In this document: positions 14,104 to 27,154 of the stretch, piece by piece
Layout of the letters: the number at the start of each line of letters is the position of its first letter
Numbering within the stretch: position 1 is the stretch's first letter
From: Heptranchias perlo
Taxonomy: Eukaryota
DNA: 64,000 nucleotides
Reading direction: 5' to 3'
NCBI RefSeq assembly: GCF_035084215.1
Contig: NC_090329.1
Coordinates: forward strand, 119,660,001 to 119,724,000
The notes under the pieces: generated by a model
Seen by the model: only the letters and a program-made list of their open reading frames with translations
What the model was told of the DNA's origin: nothing
The model's database searches: none
Position numbers and translations under genes: made by a program

Positions 14104-14336
14104 AATTCACAGGCAGAGTGACCTCCGTGGTAATCTTCCTCTCATGTCAAAAACTATGTAACATCGGAATTTTCTGGGTTAGCTGGAGTTCACTGCTGGC
14201 TTCTTCCAGTTTCCCTGCACGGTATATAATGTCCTTTCTTATTTCATTCTCAAATATTCAACATTTTGGTTTATTTCCATTTTTTTTCTACCTTCCCCCC
14301 ATTAAAGCACCTTACAAGATGGCAAGATGGGTTCAA

Positions 14337-14768
14337 AAAAAAGGAAGGCTTGCATTTATATAGCGCCTTTCACGTCCTCAGGACATCCAAAGTGCTTCCC
14401 ATCCAATGAAGTACTTTTGAAGTGTAGTCACTGTTGTAATGTAGGAAATGCAGCAGCCAATTTGTGTGCAGCAAGGTCCCACAAACAGCAATGTGAGAAT
14501 GACCAGATAATCTGTTTTAGTGATGTTGATTGAGGGATAAACATTGGTCAGGACATCCAGGAGAACTCCTCTATTCTTCGTTGAACAGTGCCATGAGATC
14601 TTTTACATCCAGCTGAAAGGGCAGACGGGACCTCGGTTTCACGTCTCATCCAAAAGACGGCAGCTATGACAGTGCAGCCCTCCTTCGGTGCTGCACTGGA
14701 GTGTCAGCTGAGATTTTGTGCTCAAGTCTCTGGCTCAGAGGGGAGAGTGCTACCATTGAGCCATAGCT
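14337..14768 (-). mobile_element. DeuSINE (SacSINE1/AmnSINE1-type): tRNA-like head, Deu domain, L2-type tail
   Basis: Tail cttgcatttatatagcgcctttcac, Deu core cccacaaacagcaatgtga...gagggataaa...gtgccatg...tctcatccaaaagacggc, head ...ctgagcca. Confidence 0.85.
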
Positions 14769-15744
14769 AAGTAAAGAAGGAACTTCAGCCCATTTGATCT
14801 CATCCTTCCAGGATACCGACCCTGCTGTCATCTCGTGACAATATCCAGTTGTTTCTTTATTGAGCCCAGTGTTCTGGCCTCAACCATTCCTTCTGGCAGA
14901 TGTGTAATGGGACGTTTGTTGGTGTCTGATATAAATCTGCCCTGTCCTCTGGTCCCACTGGCCTGACTCTCTCTCCTCCCCCCCCACCCTCCTCTATCCA
15001 GTTCATGTTGGTATTGTCCCCACTCCCCTCTCAGTCCAGTTAACATTAATACCTCCCCCCCCCCACACACCGGTGCCAATCCTGCCTCCCACCTCCCTCT
15101 GCTGCTCCTCCAAAGTATTGAAATCCACTGGATTCTGCGGGTTGGGAATTCCTCATCTTGCAAGAATTCCTGCCCACAGCAGTGTTCCAATTGCAACAGG
15201 GGGGTGAGGCAGGGGTGGGGGGGGGGGGGGCGGTGGAGAGATGAAGGAGCCGGGATGGGCACTGAGGCCAGGCAATGGTGCTGATTTTCATCTGCAAAAA
15301 AGTGGAGTCTGCCCTGTAAACGCTGACTGACCTGCAGGCGGTCGGTGAGTGTGTAGGTTTAGGACAGATACTGGGAAAGAGAAACAGAAAACCCTGGAAA
15401 CTCTCAGCCAGTCAGGCAGCATCTGTAAACAAAGGAAAACATTGATGTTTCAGGCATAGCACATCATCAGTACTTAAAGCTATTACATATGCCTGGAAGT
15501 ATTTCTTTACATAGCTGGAATGGGCTATTAGAAAATGTGGTTTAGGTCAGGACACTGGACTCATTTAAGAAACAGCCAGATGTGAAGAGATGGGCTGAAG
15601 GGCCTTCCTCATCCAAACCGACCTTGTGGTCTTGTGATCTCATCCTTCCAGGATACCGACCCTGCTGTCATCCCGTGACAATATCCAGTTGTTTATTTAT
15701 TGAGTCCAATTGAGGGACAATTCATATCCGTCGTTCTGCAATTA

Positions 15745-16190
15745 CATAGAATGTACAGCACAGAAAAAGGCCATTCGCCCAACAGGTCCATGCCGATGTT
15801 CATGCTCCACAAGAGTCTCCTCCCGACCCTTTCATCTAACCCTATCTAACCCTTCTATTCCTTTCTCCCTCCTGTGTTTATCCAGCTTCCCTTTAAATGC
15901 ATCTATGCTAGTCGCCTCAACTGCACCTTGTGGTAGCGAGTTCCACATTCTCACCACTCTCTGGGTAAAGAAGTTTCTCCTAAATTCCTGATTGGATTTA
16001 TTAGTGACTATCTTATATTGATGGCCCCTAGTTCTGGTCTCCCCCACGAGTAGAAACATCTTCTCTACGTCTATCCTATCAAACCCTTTCATAATCTTAA
16101 AGACCTCTATCAGGTCATCCCCCAGCCCTCTCTTTTCTAGAGAAAAGAGCCTTAGCCTGTTCAATCTTTCCTGATAGGTATAACCTCTTA
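15745..16190 (-). mobile_element. CR1 3' fragment
   Basis: ORF 15832-16164 LFSLEKRGL...FFTQRVVRMWNSLP. Confidence 0.9.
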
Positions 16191-16911
16191 GGTATGCTGC
16201 AGTTCACAAATGGTGTGCCTTGTCACTTCAGTCACTACTGTTGTTTAGTGAAAATCAAACGACATCATCAACTGGACCCGGCCAGTAGGTGTTGCCGGTA
16301 AAGATGCCAACTATATCCTACAATGGACTGAGAAAGACGCCAGCAGTCGATCTGTAATCACAAGTAATTTATAGTCGCTGCAGTAAATAGACTGGAATTC
16401 TGACAATATTTACTTTACAGAGATATAGGTCTAAACAGAAAAGCAGCAAATGCTTTCATGCCAAGGTTTTATCACTACTGCACAAACAATGCTTAATTGG
16501 AGCAAGTTGTGGTTTTGTAGGAAATGTACACTGATGCCCACAGAAACAAAACTAGATTTAACTGTTCTGCACTCTTCAGTGAATCAAATGGAATTGGAAA
16601 CAATGTTTCGTGTTATCTAAACACAGTCGCTAACTGAGTATCTTACCCACATTGGTTAAAGTTATCCCAGACAGATTTAAATTGTGACTAACTTGGATCT
16701 CTAGGCCCGGATTTTGCAGTCTACAGTAATATTAATGCCTGGGTCTGAATTTGCAATCTGTAATAATATTCCTGTCTGGGTCTGGATGTAGCAATTTAAC
16801 TGAGATTGCTGTTTGAGTATGGGTTTTGCCAGCAACAGTAATTCTAGTGTCTGGCTCTGAATTTTGCAGTCTGCCATAATAAGATAACTGGTCGGGTTTG
16901 GATTCTGTATT

Positions 16912-17079
16912 CTACTGACTGGGTCTGGGATTTGTGATCTACTGACTAGGGTGGATTTTGTGATCTACTGACTGGGGGGTTGATATTGTGGACTACCGAC
17001 TGGCGGTGGATTTTGTGATCTACTGACTGGGTCTGGATTTTGTGACTTACTGACTGGGTCTGGATCTTGTGATCTACTG
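16912..17079. repeat. 27-bp minisatellite (~6 units), preceded by more diverged longer units from ~16700
   Basis: Unit ctactgactgggtctggattttgtgat. Confidence 0.8.
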
Positions 17080-17389
17080 CAAATTTTACTGACTGAGTTG
17101 GTGTAATCAAATAAATAGATGCTGAACCAAAGTAGGAGATATTAAGAGGGGTGACCAAAAGCTTGGTCAAAGAGGTGGGGGAGGTGGAGGGGTTTAATGA
17201 GGAAATTCCATCGTGGGGTCTTGACGGATGTAGGCACAGCTACCAATGGTGGGAGAAGGGAGGAGGGGATGCACAAGAGGTCAGAGTCAGAGGAACAGAT
17301 AGTTGTGGGACCGGGGGGGACGCAAGGCCATGAAGGGACTTAAGAGGTTGAGAATTTTAAATTTGAGGCAGTTGGAAACTGGAAGCTAT

Positions 17390-17845
17390 GACATGTGACA
17401 TGGGTTGGTAATTGGTTGGGAGGTAAGAGATGGACAGTAGGGATAAAGGGAATGTACTCTGATTTATGGGGTGTGGCAAGTGGTATTCGGCAGGGATCTG
17501 TACTGGGGTATCAGCTTTTCACAGTATATATTAATGACTTAGATGAAGGAATATAGAGTTGAATATCCAAATTTGCAGATAGCACTAAGTTAAGAGGCAC
17601 AGTAAGTTGCTTAGATGGGAGCAGAAAGTTACAAAGGGATATAGACTGACTAAGGGAGTAGGCATAACTGTGGAAAATGGAGTTCAATATGGAGAAGTGT
17701 GAGGATCTGAGAAAGACAAATCAGGATATTTTCTTAATGGCGAGAGACTAGGAACTGTGGCAGAGCAAAGGGATTTGGGTGACCAGGTACACAAATCACT
17801 AAAAGCTAGTGCACAGGTACAAAAAGTAATCAAAATAGCTAATGG
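17390..17845 (+). mobile_element. Old CR1 RT core fragment
   Basis: Decayed QGSVLG..F.VYINDL and KFADSTKL motifs. Confidence 0.75.
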
Positions 17846-17849
17846 AGGG

Positions 17850-18230
17850 AGAGATTTAGGAAGACGGTGCATTCAGAGGAGAGAACACAAGGGGAGCTGA
17901 GATGGAGATTCAAATCACTGAGGAGGAGGAGTTTCTCTGTCCGGAGGCTGAGGGAGGATATCTCAGGGAGAAACGGAGTAGGGCTTAGGGTGGGTGGTAG
18001 ACAATGAGAATTTTAAAGGAGAGTCAAGAGGGGTGGAACAAGGTGAGGTGCTTAAAGGAGGAGAAGGCGTCAAAGGAGATGGGGGAGAGATCGTGATTTG
18101 GGAGGAATAGGTAGTGGAAAATATAACCAGGTGGGGAGGCCTTAGTGAGGGACAGGGTGTTGCAACCGGTGAGTCAAGTTTAGTCAAAGCCAAAATGTCA
18201 ACGCAATTATCTACAGTAAGGTCATGAAAG
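17850..18230 (-). mobile_element. L2-type AP-endonuclease domain remnant
   Basis: Minus strand reads HDLTVDNCVDILALT (DILALTETW-like motif) and, after frameshifts, FKILIVYHPP-like sequence. Confidence 0.6.
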
Positions 18231-18318
18231 ACATATATAATATAATAATATGGTGTAAATATATTATACACGCATACATACAACAACTAACAGAATTATA
18301 GAATAACAAAAAACTTAT

Positions 18319-18455
18319 GGGGACTGTATGGTGCAGTGAATTAGTTACCAGTCTTTCAATTCTGGGCCTGAGTTAGAATCCAGCCCAGCTTGACTGGAAA
18401 TGTGAAATGACTTTAAACAAACTTAATCCAATTCCTAGGGAATGTCAGGCGAGAA
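18319..18455 (+). mobile_element. tRNA-derived SINE head, LF-SINE-like, internally deleted
   Basis: ggggactgtatggtgcagtg...gagttagaatccagccca (A/B-box-like), then tgtgaaatga...ccaattcctag resembling the LF-SINE body as recalled. Confidence 0.4.
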
Positions 18456-18849
18456 CAACGTCAGACATGGCTGTGGTCTCCTGTCCCCTTTACCTATTGA
18501 TCAAACAGTCTGCCAACAACGCCAAAACAGATTCTCTGATAATTTATCTTATTTGCTGGGATCTTGCTGTGTGCAAATTAGCTGCTGCATTTGCATATAC
18601 AACATGCAGTGACTACATTGCAAAGGTAATTAATAGATGGTGAAGCACTTTGGGACATCCTTAGAACAGGAAAGGCGTTATATAAATGCAAGTTCTTTCC
18701 ATATGACAAATGATCACATGAGGGAAGTATTCACAGGGTTATCACATGACATGTCAGTACCTTCAAGGGGGGCGGGGGCTGGAGAAAATTGGGAGCAGGA
18801 GGTAAAATCTAGTCTTGATTGACGTTTTGAATTCAGTAGGTTGGAAATA

Positions 18850-19681
18850 GGTTTCTAGAACTAGGGGGCATAGTCTCAGGATAAGGGGTCGGCCATTTAG
18901 GATTGAGATGAGGAGAAATTTCTTCACTCAGAGGGCTGTAAATCTTTGGAATTCTCTACCCCGGTGGGCTGTGCATGTTCAGTTATTGAGTATATTCAAG
19001 GCTGAGATCGATAGATTTTTGGACTCTAAGGGAATCAAGGGATATGGGGATCGGGCAGGAAAGTGGAGTTGAGGTCGAAGATCAGCCATGATCTAATTGA
19101 ATGGCGGAGCAGGCTCGAAGGGCTGTATGGCCTACTCCTCCTTCTATTTCTTATGTTCTTATGTTGGTTTCAATTAGTTGGAGAGGCCTTAGAAAGAGTG
19201 CAGAGGAGATTTACCAGAATGATACCAGGGATGAGGGACTTCAGTTATGTGGAGAGACTGGAGAAGCGGAGATTGTTGTCCTTACAGTAGAGAAGGTTAA
19301 GGGAAGTTTTAATAGAGGTGTTCAAAATCATGAGGGGTTTTGATAGAGTAAATAAGGAGAAACTGTTTCCAGTGGCAGGGGGGTCAGTGAGCAGAAGCCA
19401 CAGATTTAAGATAATTGGTAAAAGAACCAAAGGGGAAATGAGGTAAATTTTTTTAAAGCAGGGATTTGTTATGATCTGGAATGCACTGCCTGAAAGGGTG
19501 ATGGAAGCAGATTCAGTAGTAACTTTCAATAGAGAATTGGATAAATACTTTGAAAGGAAAACTTTGTAGGGCTATGGGAAAGGAATGGGGGAGTGGGACT
19601 GTACCAGCTCTTTGAAAGAGCCATCTGATTATTCCCACTCTCCTGCTCTTTCCCCATAGCCCTGCAAATATTTCCTTTTCA
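18850..19681 (+). mobile_element. Two tandem CR1 3' fragments (18850-19165, 19180-19620) ending in a fold-back junction to a minus-strand CR1 3' piece (19620-19681)
   Basis: ALERVQRRFTRMIPG etc.; imperfect symmetry around gctctttgaaagagc. Confidence 0.85.
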
Positions 19682-20044
19682 TGATGACCGTTCATCCCAT
19701 CGCACCTTAAGGAGCTTCTCATTCATTCCCATTCCTCGTACTCTTTTAAATTTTTTTGCTTCAAATATTTATCCACTTCCCTTTTAAAAGCCAGCGTGGA
19801 TTCTGCTTCCTCCAGTATTTCACCAGTTGAGCTTTCGCCGTCCAATTTTCAAAAGCAAAAAGAAAACTACAAAAACGATTTTCTGTTATATTTTGATAGC
19901 GAATTGATTTGAGTTTCAATTCCCAAAAGTCACGCTGAAAACGTACGGTGCTCTGGACAAGCCACACCTGGAGTGAAAATAAATGTTGGGGAGGGGAGTA
20001 GCTGTACAGTGGTCAGTACAACATTGTACTCCTGAAATTTGATC

Positions 20045-20298
20045 GTAGTCATGATGTGGAGATGCCGGTGATGGACTGGGGTTGACAATTGTAAACAATT
20101 TTACAACACCAAGTTATAGTCCAGCAATTTTATTTTAAATTCACAAGCTTTCGGAGACTTCCTCCTTCCTCAGGTAAATGTTCAGGATCTCGGAGATCCT
20201 GAACATTTACCTGAGGAAGGAGGAAGTCTCCGAAAGCTTGTGAATTTAAAATAAAATTGCTGGACTATAACTTGGTGTTGTAAAATTGTTTACAATTG
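20045..20298 (-). mobile_element. Penelope-like element terminus with perfect inverted duplication and 12-bp TSD
   Basis: Arms 20086-20191 and 20193-20298 are exact reverse complements. TSD tgaaatttgatc at 20033-20044 and 20297-20308. Tail atgatgtggagatgccggtgatggactggggttga lies outside the palindrome. Confidence 0.85.
20205..20245 (+). ncRNA. Minimal type-I hammerhead ribozyme motif (mirror copy on minus strand at 20139-20179)
   Basis: AUUUAC-CUGAGGA-A-GGAG(GAAGU)CUCC-GAAA-GC-UU-GUGAAU: CUGANGA and GAAA boxes, stem II GGAG/CUCC, stem I AUUUAC/GUGAAU, palindromic AAGCUU stem III. Confidence 0.8.
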
Positions 20299-21194
20299 AA
20301 ATTTGATCAGCAGAGAGGTTAAAGCATCTTGAAACAATAAACCAGGTGTAACACAGGGTTAAATCCACATTAATAATACACACACAGCCCCTTCTTAAAA
20401 TACATTATGTCACTCTCTACACACAATGGGAAACAGAACATCAAAGACGCAGTTTATCTCCCTCTGCAAGGTCATTAGTGTTGGCTGCAGTGAGTCACTA
20501 CACACACTTTACAATCTCTTCCTGTCCTTTGATCTTAGAATCATAGAAAGTTACGGCACAGAAGGAGGTCATTCGGCCCATCGTGTCCGTACCGGCCAAA
20601 AAAGAGCTATCCAGCTTAATCCTACTTTCCAGCACTTGATCTGTAGCCCTGTAGGTTACGGCACTTCAAGTGCACATCCAAGTGCTTTTTCGATGAGCTG
20701 AGGTTTTCTGATCTTCTTATTCCCAATACTCAAAGGAATCTACCACAAAATATAGATTGGAAATCACAGCCCGATGTTACGGCTGTGAAATTTCTTATAC
20801 CTTCTTAAAGTACAGCCTCTAAAATCATTCAATCTAATGACATAAAAACGTGGGTAAAGGCACAATTTCTGCCCTGGATTTTGTTCTGGGGTTGTCCCTT
20901 GTGTGGTACTGTTGTTGAGTTTACTACTTATGGTTGCCTGCTCCATTTGGCAGCAATGTACCATTAGCTTAAGTGCAGGTTGTCTGTATCAAATGAAACC
21001 AAGCCCTGCTGTATAAGGCACAGTGACTAAAACACCAGTCAAGCCAGTTATTAGGGGGCGGGGCTGACTAAAATAAACTGGAATTATCTTCATTGATGTA
21101 TCTATGCTCAAAGTCCCATTTGAACCAGGGTTTCACAGCTCATACTTTAGTTACTCAGAGCTAAAAATGGGTTTGCTGTGATTTACACATATCA

Positions 21195-21395
21195 TCAACA
21201 TCACTAAAAAACAGATTATCTGGTCATTATCACATTGCTGTTTGTGGGACCTTGCTGTGCGCACATTGGCTGCTGTGTTTCCCTACATTACAACTACACA
21301 TGACTACACTTCAAAAAGTATTTTGTTGGCTGTAAAGCGCTTTGAGACATCCTGAAGTTGTGAAAGGCACTATATAAATGCAAGTATTTCTTTCT
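21195..21395 (+). mobile_element. DeuSINE 3' half
   Basis: acagattatctggtcattatcacattgctgtttgtggg...aaaggcactatataaatgcaag. Confidence 0.8.
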
Positions 21396-21556
21396 TTTTA
21401 GGGAATCGTTAACATTCATTGTGATCATTTGAGAGGGATTATTGGATCTGAAAACAATGTGCGATTTTACAAGCCTATCTCCAGTGACTATATTATCTGG
21501 AGTTTATTTAAACAGACACTACCCAAATATGATCAATATTTTCAAGAATTATTACC

Positions 21557-22257
21557 TAGCGTTTGCAACCATCTTCAGCCAGAAGTGCAGAGTGGATGAT
21601 CCATCTCAGCCTCCTCCCGATATCCCCACCATCACAGAAGCCAGTCTTCAGCCAATTTGATTCACTCCACGTGATATCAAGAAACGGCTGAGTGCACTGG
21701 ATACCGCAAAGACTATGGGCCCCAACAACATCCCGGCTGTAGTGTTGAAGACTTGTGCTCCAGAACTAGCCGCACCTCTAGCCAAGCTGTTCCAGTACAG
21801 CTACAACACTGACATCTACCCGACAATGTGGAAAATTGCCCAGGTATGTCCTGACCACAAAAAGCAGGACAAATCCAATCCGGCCAATTACCGCCCCATC
21901 AGTCTACTCTCAATCATCAGCAAAGTGATGGAAGGTGTCATCGACAGTGCTATCAAGCGGCACTTACTCACCAATAACCTGCTGACCGATGCTCAGTTTG
22001 GGTTCCGCCAGGACCACTCAGCTCCGGACCTCATTACAGCCTTGGTCCAAACATGGACAAAAGAGCTGAATTCCAGAGGTGAGGTGAGAGTGACTGCCCT
22101 TGACATCAAGGCAGCATTTGACCGAGAACCTTCGCTACACGGACTGCAGCGGTTCAAGAAGGCGGCTCACCACCACCTTCTCAAGGGCAATTAGAGATGG
22201 GCAATAAACGCTGGCCTCGCCAGCAACGCCCACATCCCATGAACGAATAAAAAAAAA
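21557..22257 (+). mobile_element. Family A LINE with internal deletion (RT N-terminus fused to 3' end), poly(A) tail
   Basis: ORF 21715-22194 ...ALDIKAAFDR|EPSLHGLQRFKKAAHHHLLKGN*; ends gaacgaataaaaaaaaa. Confidence 0.9.
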
Positions 22258-22379
22258 TTTGAACATGTGAGCACCCAGCGGGTACGAGAGCCAATAGCGT
22301 TGGAGCACTCCAGAACCCAAACGTACAGGCCACGTGGCCAATCTGCAGCATTTCAAAACTAATGTCAACAGACTTTCTA

Positions 22380-22808
22380 CTACTTGTATTTATAGAGCGC
22401 CTTTCAATGCTTCAGGACATCCCAAAACGCGTTACAGCCAATTAAGTATTTCTGAAGTGTAGTCGCTGTTGTAATGTAGGAAATGCAGCAGCCATTTTGC
22501 GCACAGCACGGTCCCACAAACAGCAATGTGATAATGACCAGATGACCTGTTTTGGTGATATTGGTTGAGGGATAAATATTGGCCAGGACACCAGGGAGAA
22601 CTCCCCTGCTCTTCTTCGAAATAGTGCCATGGAATTGTTTACATCCACCCGAGAGGTCAGACCTGAGAGCCTCGGATTAATGTCTCATCCGAAAGATGAC
22701 ACCTTTAACAGTGCAGAACTCCCTCAGTACGGCACTGAAGTGTCGGTCTAGGTTATGTGCTCAAGTCTCTGGAGTGGGATTTGAACCCATGACCTTCTGA
22801 CTCTGAGA
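22380..22808 (-). mobile_element. DeuSINE, near full length
   Basis: Same tail, Deu core and head order as 49675-50110. Confidence 0.85.
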
Positions 22809-23556
22809 CACTGGCTCATCAATCCAGAAAATGACAATCCCTCCTTCACACCATCCATCAGTTTCTTAAATGATTCCAAGGTTTGTGTCTCCATTAACCT
22901 CCTTGGAGGTCCATTCCACATGTTGATGCTGCCTATGCATTTTGTTTCTTTGTCTTGCCTTTATTCCCTCTCTCATCGTTGGTCTGTTTCTGTGTCCCTC
23001 TTTTCTAATGTTCTTTTTGTCTGTTTATTTTGGCTCAGTTGTAACCTGATCACTGGTAAGTTATCTGGTCAGCCTCACTTGTAGAGAGATTTGTTCCATG
23101 CCATGGCTGTCTCCAACAGATCCTGTATACATTTCACTGATACAGCATCTGGTCCCCTGTGAGATGATAGACTGTTTAATATTGCACGTTCTCTCAAGTT
23201 TAAACACCTCAGCTGGAGCCTGACTTTTAACAGCCAAACACAACCCCCGAGCTTTTCACAGCTAGCCTGGGGGACAGCTGCCCTTTCAGTACCCTCCCAC
23301 TGTGACTGACTGAACGTGTCATTAGCCTAATCTTTACACCTACCCCCTGATCCCTTCATTTCTACCACCCACTCCAATCACTGGTCCATTTTGCCTGCTT
23401 ATAATGTCCCTCCCTATCTCTGTAACCTCCTCCACCTCTACAACACTCCAGGCACTCTGCATTCCTACAACTCTGGCCACTTCCTTTGCCCCACCATTGG
23501 CAGCCGTGCCTTCATCCGTTTGGCCCTAAGCTCGGGAATTCCCTCCCTAAACCTCT

Positions 23557-25200
23557 CATAGAATCATAGAATCAAAGAAAATTTACGGCACGGAAGGAGG
23601 CCATTCGGCCCATTGTGTCCGGGCCAGCCAAAAATGAGCCACCCAGCCTAATCCCACTTTCCAACACTTGGTCTGTAGCCTTGTAGGTCACAGCACTTTA
23701 GGTGCATATCCAGGTACTTTTTAAATGAGTTAACGGTTTCTGTCTCTACCACCCTTTCAGGCAGTGAGTTCCAGATCCCCACCACCCTCTGGGTGAAAAA
23801 AAATTTCCTCAGCTCCCCTCTAATCCTTCCACCAATCACTTTAAATCTATGTTCCCTAGGTTATTGACCCCTCTGCTAAGGGAAATAGGTCCTTCCTATC
23901 CACTCTATCTAGGCCCCTCATAATTTTGTACACCTCAATTAAATCACCCCTCAGCCTCCTCTGTTCCAATGAGAACAACCCCAGCCTATCCAATCTATCC
24001 TCATCGCTAAAATTCTCCAGTCCTGGCAACATCCTCATAAATCTCCTCTGTACCCTCTCTAGTGCAATTACATCCTTCCTGTAATGTGGTGACCAGAACT
24101 GTACACAGTACTCAAGCTGTGGCCTAACCAGTGTTTTATACAGTTCCAGCATAACCTCCCTGCTCTCATATTCTATGCCTCAGCTAATAAGGGAAGTATT
24201 CCATATGCTTTCTTAACCACCTTATTTACCTGTCCTGCTACCTTCATGGAACTGTGGACATGCACTCCAAGGTCCCTTTGTTCCTCTACACCTCTCAGTA
24301 TCCTCCTATTTATTGTGTATTCCCTTGCCTTGTTTGCCCTCCCCAAATGCATTACTCCACACTTCTCTGGATTGAATTCCATTTGCCACTTTTCTACCCA
24401 CCTGACAAGTCCATTGATATTTTCCTGCAGTCTTCAGATTTCCTCCTCACTATCAACGACAAGGCCAATTTTTGTATCATCTGCAAACTTCTTAATCATG
24501 CCCCCTACATTTAAGTCCAAATCATTAATATATATCACAAAAAGCAAGGGACCTGGTACTGAGCCCTGCGGAACCCCTCTGGAAAGAGCCAATTTTGGAT
24601 CCAATGGGCTTGTACTTTTTTGACCAGTCTGCCATGTGGGACATTGTCAAAAGCCTTGCTAAAATCCATGTAGACTACATCAAATGTGTTAACCTCATCG
24701 ACCCTCCTTGTTACCTCCTCAAAAAATTTAATCAAGTTAGTCAGACGCGACCTTCCCTTAACAAATCCACGCTGACTGTCCTTGATTAGTCCATGCCTTT
24801 CTAAGTGACGGTTTATCCTGTCCCTCAGAATTGATTCCAATAATTTGCCCAACACCGAGGTTAGACTGACTGGCCTGTAATTACTCGGTCTATCCCCCGC
24901 TCCCTTTTTAAACAATGGTACAATATTAGCAGTCCTCCAATCCTCCAGCACCACACCTGTACCAGTGAGGATTGGAAAATGATGCTCAGAGCCTCCGCTA
25001 TTTCCTCCCTTGCTTCTTTTAACAGCCTGGGATACATTTCAACCGGGCCTGGTGATTTATCTACATTCAAAGATGCTAAGCCCCTTAATACTTACTCTCT
25101 CACTAAGTTTATCCCATCCAATATTTCACACTCCTCCTCCTTAACTACAATGTCAGCATCGTCCCTCTCTTTTGTGAAGACAGACACAAAGTATTCATTA
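23557..25200 (-). mobile_element. CR1 ORF2 (RT) with frameshifts and an internal deletion, through the 3' tail
   Basis: KSPGP..YPRLLKE, DWRTANIVPLFKKG...NYRPVSLTS, YMDFSKAFD, LYKTLVRPQLEY; tail catagaatcatagaat. Confidence 0.95.
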
Positions 25201-27154
25201 AGTAAGTATTCATTAGGAATAGCCTCTCTACCTCTCTCTCCACCTTTAAGACGCTCCTTAAAAACTACCTTTTTGACCAAGCTTTTGGTCACCTGTCCTC
25301 GTGTCTCCTTCTTTGGCTGATAGCACTCCTGTGATGCATTTTGGGACATTTTACTACATGAAAAGAGCTATATAAATGCAAGTCATTGTTATTATCACTT
25401 CTCATTTTCATCGACTTTCTATGATACTGTAAGCCCAGTTAGTGTCATACCTGTGATTGGCAGTAGACTATTGTATTAGGGACATAGGAACAGGGCCATT
25501 CAGCTCCCCGAGCCCGTTCCGCCATTCAGTTAGACAGTGGTTGATCTGTACCTCCACCCCGTTTACCCGCCTTTGCTCCATATCCCTTGATACCATTTAC
25601 CCAACAAAAATTAGAGGTCTATAAAAAGACCTGCAAGTGGCAGAAGTCGTGGGAATACACAGCAGGTCAGTCAGCATCCTGAGGGGAGAAATAGGCAGAT
25701 TAATGTTGGGTCTGTCGACCTTCATCAACTTTCCTTTCTTTTGTTCATTTGCTGGTGGGCCAGCTGAGTATTTCTAGAATTCTCCCTGTTTATTCCACAC
25801 GTTCTATAATTGACGAAGCCTCTCACCAGTTTGTGAAAACCTAGGCCGTCAGCTGTTTTAATTTCTTCTTCAAATATTTAGCACACTTTCTTTTCACCGC
25901 TGTACAGCCCTGCAGACCGAGGGCGAGGCAAGCTCAGAGGGCAGCTCGCAGGAAAAATATTTTTTGAAAACAAATTAGTAGTACTGATCTGAACGTACAG
26001 GAAGCAGATGTGAGGACATAAAAGGAGCCAAAACCTCTGAAGGCAGGATTTGGAAAACAGCGTTTGTAACTTTGCAGAAACACAAGGGACAAGAGGCTTG
26101 ATCTCGGCCTTGGAGCAGTAGGGCTCCAACTGGTCTCGGTATCAACGGTTGGGGACAGGGGGGGAATAAAAAAATCAGACAAGCTTCCCTCTCCCGATCA
26201 CTATCCAGTCACCCCTCCTTTAGGAAAGTGTGCCGTGTGGTTGGCAGGTAAGGTCAGATAAGGTCAGATGCCTCCCTGCGGTTGAATAGCCTACTGATAC
26301 GCAAGGTTGAAAATTATGCACAGTGAATGGTCGCTTGGACGAGATATCGGGGGGAGTGGGACGGGCACCATTGCCCATGGAACAGTGCACAAGCATGATT
26401 AGAGCTAGGCCATTCAGGGGTGAAATCAGGAAGCACTTTTTCCACACAAAGGGTAATCTGGAACCCTCTCCTCCAAAAGGTTGAGGATGCTGGGACAATT
26501 GAAATTTTCAAAACTAAGACTGATAGATTTCTTTGTCAGGTGAGGGTATCAAGAGATATGGAGCAAAGGTGGGTAAATAGAGTTGAGGTACAGGTCAGCC
26601 ATGATCTAATTGAATGGCGGAACAGGCTCGAAGGGCAGAATAGCCTACTCCTGTTCTTAATATTCACAACCAGTGCCTTAGAAAGAATGTGTAAATATCT
26701 GCTGCCCATTGCTGAGGAAAGAATATTGAAAGGGGACAAAAACCCACTGTTGCCCTGGTTTCTGGGGTTAAATTGAACACCGTCTCTCTCTTAAATTAGT
26801 ACAAACCAGTCAATCTCCTGAAACATGACTCCAAGCCCTGTGTAATTGAACATATCATAAATCCATTTGAAACCATCACTAACAAGTCCCATGTGAATGA
26901 CTTTCACATTCTTTATGCCAATTTAAAAACACACACACGCACACTGTGGCTCTGCTCTGAGTGCTCTGCAGACTCCCCCCACATTAAGCGCATGCTGTAT
27001 ATTTAAAGGAGAGGGATTACTCCAGGGGCATGTTTAGAATGTTAGGTACCTACTTTTTGATCAGTTCCATGTGTTTTAACCTCGAGTTTTCCCAGGCTTT
27101 TTTTTAAACCAACAATGGATTCCTCCGGCCTCTGAATGGATAATTTTACTAAAT

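Noticed and set aside
14797-15710. ~75-bp direct repeat (14797-14870, 15636-15708) as paired LTRs
   Set aside because: Resembles old CR1-type 3' end fragments; no TG..CA ends, PBS or PPT.
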